A stretch of DNA of 56,963 nt, counting the filler, from Dugesia japonica (Eukaryota): the NCBI GenBank assembly GCA_001938525.1. It is 5 parts of 5 records of this genome, joined end to end, with 100 filler letters (N's around TTAATTAATTAA, not from the genome) between each part and the next. Parts side by side here need not be neighbours in the genome. Positions count along the whole stretch, not along the records: positions 44,112 to 56,963 come from MQRL01566521.1; 4 more parts are not named here. One strand, given 5' to 3'. A model generated the notes under the pieces. The model was not told where the DNA came from. It made no database searches and saw nothing but the letters and a program-made list of their open reading frames with translations. A program made the translations under genes and the position numbers. Shown here in pieces: positions 50,343-56,963 of the stretch; the first letter of the stretch is position 1; every line of letters begins with the position of its first letter.

Positions 50343-51253
50343 ATGAGAAATTCTGAAAATCGACTACCCAGTATCATTATTGATAAAAAAATAAATAAAA
50401 GAAATGAAAAATTCAACTACCCAAATTGGAATTCTTTACTTAATGTGCCAAGAAATATTCGTTCAGAAGCTGAAATCCAATATGATGAATTAGAAAAATT
50501 GAGAAACAATGCATGGAAATCGAGAATTAAATTGTATAAATCAGACAATATTTTATTTACTCGTTGTAAACCAGTAAACGGTTTATCGAAAGATTTATTT
50601 TTGAAACGATTTCTCACTTTCCGCCCGATCAGTAATTACGGAAAGAAAAATTGCCATAATATGCTTACAGAAATTTGTGATAAACTCCATCCGGAAAATG
50701 TATTAAATAATCCTCTGTTAGAATCAATTGATAAATTGGATACAATATGTTGTATTGTTACAACGATTGAGTGGTTTGGTGAAATTAATTTATGGTTTTC
50801 AGATAACTCGCTTATTCTATGGAATAATTTAGCTGATTGTTTACTATTGAATAGTCATGATATCGTTACAGAGGCCAGCATTACAATTGCATTCTTGATG
50901 TATAAATTACCAAATCAAAATCCGAAAACAATAATGAAAATTCTCGAAAATTTCATTTTATTAACTAATCATTGTTGTAAAGAATTTGATGATTATTTAT
51001 ATGAGAATAGGAAGACACCGGAATTATTCGAAATTTCAGACGAACAACTAATTATTACAGATTCAAATCCATTAAAATTGACAAATACTGATTTTTATCT
51101 AGTTAGTGTCTTGGTTTACAGTTGCGCATTTCTCATCAATTATAATTTTAATAGTGAAATATTATGCCACTTTGTAGACTGTTATATCGATATGTCTGAA
51201 ATGTGTAGAAACATTTACTTGGATATTTTTATGGCAAGCNTTGGAAAATTAAG
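50343..51253 (+). CDS. Hypothetical host protein, probable first coding exon (~303 aa)
   Basis: Longest intact ORF in the window (322 codons to the stop at 51311), ATG start, likely AG|GTTTGT donor at 51253/51254; helical, Leu/Cys-rich, no TE motifs; family not recognised. Confidence 0.7.
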
Positions 51254-51337
51254 GTTTGTTATTTTATATATTCGTAACATAATTTTCAATTACCATTCAT
51301 ATATTTTATGATAAAATAATAATAATAATAGTAAAAT

Positions 51338-51445
51338 CGGTTACATGACATTTAAACACGCGATAGATAATCACACGACACTTTAACACACGATATTTAA
51401 ACAGACTGACATATAATCACAGTGACAAATTAATACACAACACTT
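51338..51445. repeat. Short tandem CAC(A)CGACA(T)TTAA repeats, transposon-TIR-like
   Basis: About six degenerate 15-17 nt units starting GGTTACATGACATTTAAACACGCGA; typical of repeat-structured TIRs; no partner end found. Confidence 0.45.
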
Positions 51446-51569
51446 AAACTATACAGAAAAACACCAAACGCATTACGAGTGAAGCAATTCTTTTAATGAC
51501 CAAATTGAAAAATTTGAATTTGTTACCGTTTTGTTAAATCATAATGGCTAAATAATTTATATTTAAAAT

Positions 51570-52010
51570 GGATACTGCAAATTTAAATGCGAGAAATATA
51601 ATTAAGAATTTAAACAAAAAAGAAATTTACGTGATCATAAAATCAGATGCTATAAACAAAAAATAGAATTTACATGTACTAAATGTGATAAGAAATTTAA
51701 AAGATTAACTACACAAACAAGTCATACTGGTTCCGAAAATTGTAATAAGAATATTAAAGAATTAAGTTCTAAAGAAGCTAAAAAATTTAAATGTCTTGAT
51801 TATGATAAGAAATTCACAAAATTAAGAGCACAAAAAATCATGTTGATGGAAAAATATATATTCCTAAAGAAGTAAAAGAATTAAAATGTGAAATATGTAA
51901 TAAAAAATTTAATGGACCAGTAGATTATCAAAATCATATAATAGGTAAAGATTATTTAAATAAACAAAAATTAATAGATCTTAATTCAAAATTAAATATT
52001 AAAGAATGAG
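51570..52010 (+). pseudogene. Decayed multi-C2H2 (matrin/U1-type) zinc-finger ORF
   Basis: FTCTKCDKKFKRLTTQTSH, FKCLDYDKKF and LKCEICNKKFNGPVDYQNHIIGK; frameshifted. Confidence 0.65.
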
Positions 52011-53779
52011 ATGAATATTTATTAGAATATAGGAATAAAAAGTAAATTTATTAAATAAATATGAAATTACAAGTATCATGAAAAACTAGGTATTTTATGA
52101 GCGGTAAGCCGCCCCGTGATTAAAAAATGCGTATAGAAAAAATCGCTTGCAGAATTTTATTTTTGAATTAATGTTTTTATGCATAGTTATACTTTTAAAA
52201 AAGAAAAGGTAAAACGATACATACTTATCGTCGACGTGGCATGCAAATGAGGTTTGCTAAAAGGGTTCCCAAAAAACACCCGCCTTTTAGCCACCTCATT
52301 TTTGTCTTATTCGTTCGTTTACTCAAGACTTGCTCAAGGTATCTTGATTTGCTCGAAATTAGTGCCTTCCACCTGCTCTTTTTCTTCCTGTTGTTCAACG
52401 GACTTCATTGCAATAGAAAGACTTGAGAAATATTTTATGTTGGCAATTCCAGATCAAATGAAATACACCTGGAAAGTAAAAGATATATTGAACAAAAAGC
52501 CAAGAATTGGCAAAATCACCGACTATTTAATCTACAAAAATTAGATTTATACTTAATGATGTATCTGGTTATTTCTTTTTGTTTGTTTGTGTGCATTTGT
52601 ATTTTATGGTTAAAAGTAAACTTAAATTGTATAGATGTATTACGTAAAACTGATTATACAATACTTAGCAAATATTTTGTTCACATTAATCGTATTATGA
52701 ACACAACCATTTTTCGGTCCCCTGGTGTTCATAAAGGACAGGATAGACTGTATTAATAAATTTTAAAAGCTATATAAAAATTCCAATTTTTGAAATAATT
52801 TGAATAATATCGAGTATCACGTACAAACAAACGAACATACATCCCTGGTCATTTTCTGAATTACTTTGATGAAATCGTTTAAATTATTTAAAATTTTTAA
52901 TCGTTAATAAATTTTGAACAAAATAATTATAAATCTGTATTATTAATTTTGATGTTTAAAACTTAAAATTTTGAGCATTATTTTCAAAATTTATAGATGT
53001 TGTATTTTCATGTTTTAAATTACCTGCTTTCATAAATTTTTCTTGTTCTTTTTTAAATAATTTTCATTGAAATATTTAAAATTTTTAAAGTTATCATCAT
53101 TGAAGTTAATCATTTTTAAATACTTTCTTGGTCATTTTCTGAAAAAGTTATTCAGAATAACTTTCATTAAGTTTTTCAATTTTTTTAAACTTCAATAAAT
53201 TTTCAAATAAACAAAGATATTACTTTCAGATTTCAATGTTTGTTTCTGAATATATTTCTTCAGTAGGTGGGTCATTTTTAAATTTATCTTTTTTTATAGT
53301 AAATCAATAATTATTCCAGAAAATGATGATAATAAATATTTCTTTTGGTGTTTATTAAAATCTGTTGAACTAACAGAAAATACTGAATTAAAATCATTTT
53401 AAGAAGATTAATTTAATTCAATTAATTATCCTTTTTCATTGGATTATATTAAAAAATTTTAATAAGAATGAAAACATTAAATTAAATGTATTTTCTGTAG
53501 ATAAGTTCTAAACAATTAAACCTATAGTAAGAGAACATTTCCATTGGTAAGTCATGGAGATTCATTCAATTCATTATACAAATAAATTTTATTATGAGGA
53601 TAATGACACACAAGAAAACGAAATCAAAACCCATTGTGTATTGTGCACTTATGTAAGTACTTTTGTAAATAAAAGTAAAAATAACGCATTCACATGTTTG
53701 AATTGTTTAATTAANNNNNNNNNNNNNNNNNNNNNNNAGTGCAAATATAAGTATTGTTCCATTGGCCCATCCATACTGA

Positions 53780-54335
53780 AATAAATAGATGTCCAAAATG
53801 CGTGAAGAAGTAGCGTAGAACTTTTAGGGATATGCGATTATAATATGAAAAAGATTACGCGATTAATTCGAGAAAACTGGAAAAAACTATGTAGTAGCCA
53901 AGATAATACAAAATTATTTTAGTAGTTTGATCTAACGGAGATCTACGAAGACTTTTGGATTTGTAAAAAGTGTTCATTATAGACATAGACCAGTGTTAAC
54001 ACGATTGGGGAAGTGCTATTCCAGAAAGATAACGATAAGAAAGCAAGGGCTATTGTATACGGATCGGAGTACTGTAAAACTAGAAAGGAGATGGTGGTAG
54101 TGTTTTATTTTTGTCTGCATTTTAAATACTACTTATACGGGAGGCGTTTCAGCTTTCATCTTAATGCTAAAATCTAACAAGCTGGTAACGAGTCAATCTC
54201 AAACTTGGATTAATTTCCTAAGTAGTTTCGACATAAATCTAGAACATAAGAAGAGTACAGTACACAAAAACGGTGACATAACGAACAAACTAGAGAACGA
54301 TAAGTGTTCGCAGTGCCAAATGGAACGCAGGGAGC
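53780..54335 (+). mobile_element. Ty3/Gypsy RNase H fragment
   Basis: YCKTRKEMVVVFYFCLHFKYYLYGRRF and TSQSQTWINFLSSFDINLEH motifs, matching the other Gypsy copies in the window. Confidence 0.85.
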
Positions 54336-55914
54336 TTATTGTTGGATTATTTCACTAAGGGATTCAACAACCATGTCTTCATGGAGATTTTATTAGATAA
54401 TCTGTCCTCTATTCAAAATCAAATTTTTATCATTCACTAATTCATTGTATTTTAGGAACATCTCGTAAAATTATGATAATTTTAAACCTTACAACTAGAT
54501 TTGATAGTAAATTAACCGTGCATATCAATAAATATTGCTTAGAAAAATAATTTTGCTAAATATTTATCTATTTTTCATAAATATACAAATTTAACATTAG
54601 TAATTATTTGAATGAACTGTAAAATGAAAAGGAATATCCCAATGTTTCAATTAAAAATAAAAGTTGAATTTGAATACTTACTGTATATTTTTATGTTGAT
54701 TGAGTGACATTAGCTTAAATGTTATAAGATGGTTAATTATCTTAGTTATATTTTAAATTGATATTTTATTATATCTTTCTGACTTTTAGGTGCATACTAT
54801 GATCATAAAAATTGGTAGTGTTTTTTGTGAATATTTAATAGAAATTTTGTCAGTACCAAATGTTCCGTTGGCTTAGTGCTGACAACAAAAATGATTGTTA
54901 ATTATTAATTACGAGTAGCTTAATTAATTGTTTTCAAAAAGATTTATCGTTTTACGTCACTATGNTTTTGTTAGGAACTAAGTGGATATTATTATATTGT
55001 TATCATTTGAGAACTATAATTCTCATAAAAATGGAATGAATTAGTAATCGAAATTATAAATTATACCGAGTGGTGTATGCACTCATGAAAATAACAAAAA
55101 CCACTGTAAATAACCTAAAACAGGCTGTTCAATAATAATTGACCATGCATGTTAGATGAATCTGTTACATTCATCTTAGCATTAAAAAAGGAACATTTTT
55201 CATTCTAAGATTTATTCAAGAAAACAACAAAAAACCACCAACTATCAATTTGTTTTTTTAAACAAATTTTTAAAACTAGCTAACATTTTTACTTAATTCT
55301 GACCGAAGTTAATTTAAAATATTCAATAAAACAATAACTTTGAAAAATTAATCATTTTACAAATTTTAATATTTAACAAAATATTTTCAATTAAATTTCG
55401 AAAATTAACCATTTTACAAAGTTCAATAATTAAAAAATATTTTCAATTAAATTTTTAAACTTTATTACACGAAGTTAATTTATTTATTTATCAAATATTT
55501 TCGTTAACAACTTCGGTCGAACATCAAAAAGGTTAACGATCTTAAAACATACTTACAGGTTATTATTGAAGTGATTCACGTGAAGATTCATTGTATTAAC
55601 TATGATTAGTTAAAATTTTTAATTAAAAAAGAATATTTAATAAATCAAGTTATTTTTGAAAAAATTTCAAATCAATTTCTATAGTAAAATCAAAATATGA
55701 TAATTTTCATTAAAAATTTCATTCAAAAAAGATATAATAAAGATTGCGTTAATCATCAGCAAAACCATTATATAAATTAAAATCAAAGTTTTATGCTATT
55801 AAAATATGTTATAATGCTTCTGCTACCGTGTTTCTCCTAATAAAAGGACAATATATAATAAATTTGAAATGCCAATTTATAAGCCCCATCCACATATATA
55901 CTATTTATATAATT

Positions 55915-56963
55915 TTAAAATATTTTTAAATTGGGGCAATTCAAAATATAGAATCCATTTTTGCGTTTATTCAAAATATATAATATTGTTGTTGAAATTG
56001 ATCCAAGTGATCTAATTATACAAGTATTTAATTTTACGTTAAAGTTTGGCTTTGCTGGTTTTACTTTATTTTTAAGTAGATCATATTTTTCTAAGCAGTT
56101 TTTGTTAGACTCTTCAAATTTCTTTCTGGAGTCTATTGGGTATTTTACACCAATTATATACATCGTCTTTTTTCCAAATTAGTCATTGTAGTATCCACTC
56201 ATTCACTTGAATCTGAAATATATTTGTTTACTCTATTGACCTCAACAATCGCATTTGGGGTTTTGAGTTTAGTGACAATAACGTCAAGACAAGCTTTTAT
56301 TTTCAGTAAAACAGCTCCGACATTTCCAAGTATTGATAGAAAGCTTGTAGTTACTTTGAGATTACTTGAGAAAGTTGAGGTTACTTTTGTAAATCATTTT
56401 ATTAATAATTAGGCTCATTTGAATAGCTGCGAATAACAAGTTGCTCACTTTGCTATTTTTCCATTTTCAGCGTATGAATCAAAGAGTACATTGTGTATGA
56501 TATTTGAAAGTTCTTTACGGGATGTATAAGTAACAACATATGTTCCTCTTGTCTTGTTTGTCATACAAATGACTATTTCTTTATTATTAACATTTACAAT
56601 ATTTCTGTATCATGAATCCTTTTGAAAATTTTATTGCAGTTCTTATTTGCTGAAAGTGCGTTTTCTTTGAATTTGAGTTTTCCCCCATTTATCCCTTCGA
56701 GACATTCATATAGAAATGGGTTTAGTTTATTTATTCTTGTACCTGCTGCAAGACATAAGAAGTCTATATTGATTTTATTTGTTTACATCAGAAATTCAAA
56801 CTTTTCAAATTTTGTACCAGATAAATATGAAACAAAAATATATGTAGGACCATAAAAGCATTTTGCCATTAAAAATCAATGTATCCTAGATGGAGTGTAA
56901 ATAAACAAAGAATAAAACCCTTTAAATTGATATTATTTAATTATATTCGCAATTGAAACTTTT
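55915..56963 (-). mobile_element. Non-LTR retrotransposon 3' remnant with restriction-like endonuclease (R2/NeSL/R5-type)
   Basis: WKCRSCFTENKSLS (CCHC remnant), then YIIGVKYPIDSRKKFEES...EKYDLL...VKLNTCIIRSLGS (cf. IID V..P......F......KY..L......IVGSLG). Confidence 0.7.

Noticed and set aside
54791-54815. Second exon of the 50343 gene
   Set aside because: Joining to the phase-2 donor gives a stop after three codons; no support without transcripts.
55280-55536. piggyBac-like MITE (GACCGAAGTT inverted pair, TTAA at the right)
   Set aside because: Only a 10-bp inverted match, and the left end and TSD are too degenerate.

Overview
Very AT-rich eukaryotic (metazoan) DNA, not prokaryotic. A planarian-like origin is inferred from the 47-nt intron, abundant (AAT)n microsatellites and the TE repertoire, but is not proven. 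The window is five contigs joined by artificial 100-bp spacers (44N-TTAATTAATTAA-44N): 1-10120, 10221-18553, 18654-27801, 27902-44011 and 44112-56963. Host genes: the last three exons of a netrin (30-nt micro-exon, 72-nt exon, NTR/C345C terminal exon), two to three exons of a CCDC151/ODAD3-like gene, and one unidentified ~300-aa exon. The rest is mostly decayed transposons: several Ty3/Gypsy elements (two with both LTRs), a 1.6-kb probable solo LTR, Penelope-like pieces, an RLE-type non-LTR element, Helitrons, mariner/maT/IS630-like, pogo, hAT, a Ginger-like TIR element and probable Maverick/Polinton ends. Most notable: an antisense array of phase-1 acceptor-ORF-stop-AATAAA cassettes next to a gag fragment (42898-43843), a minimal hammerhead ribozyme relic inside an inverted repeat (28601-28850), a Ginger-like insertion whose removal restores a Gag zinc knuckle, and repeated insertions into (AAT)n/(TA)n microsatellites. 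All identifications are by eye; no searches were run.
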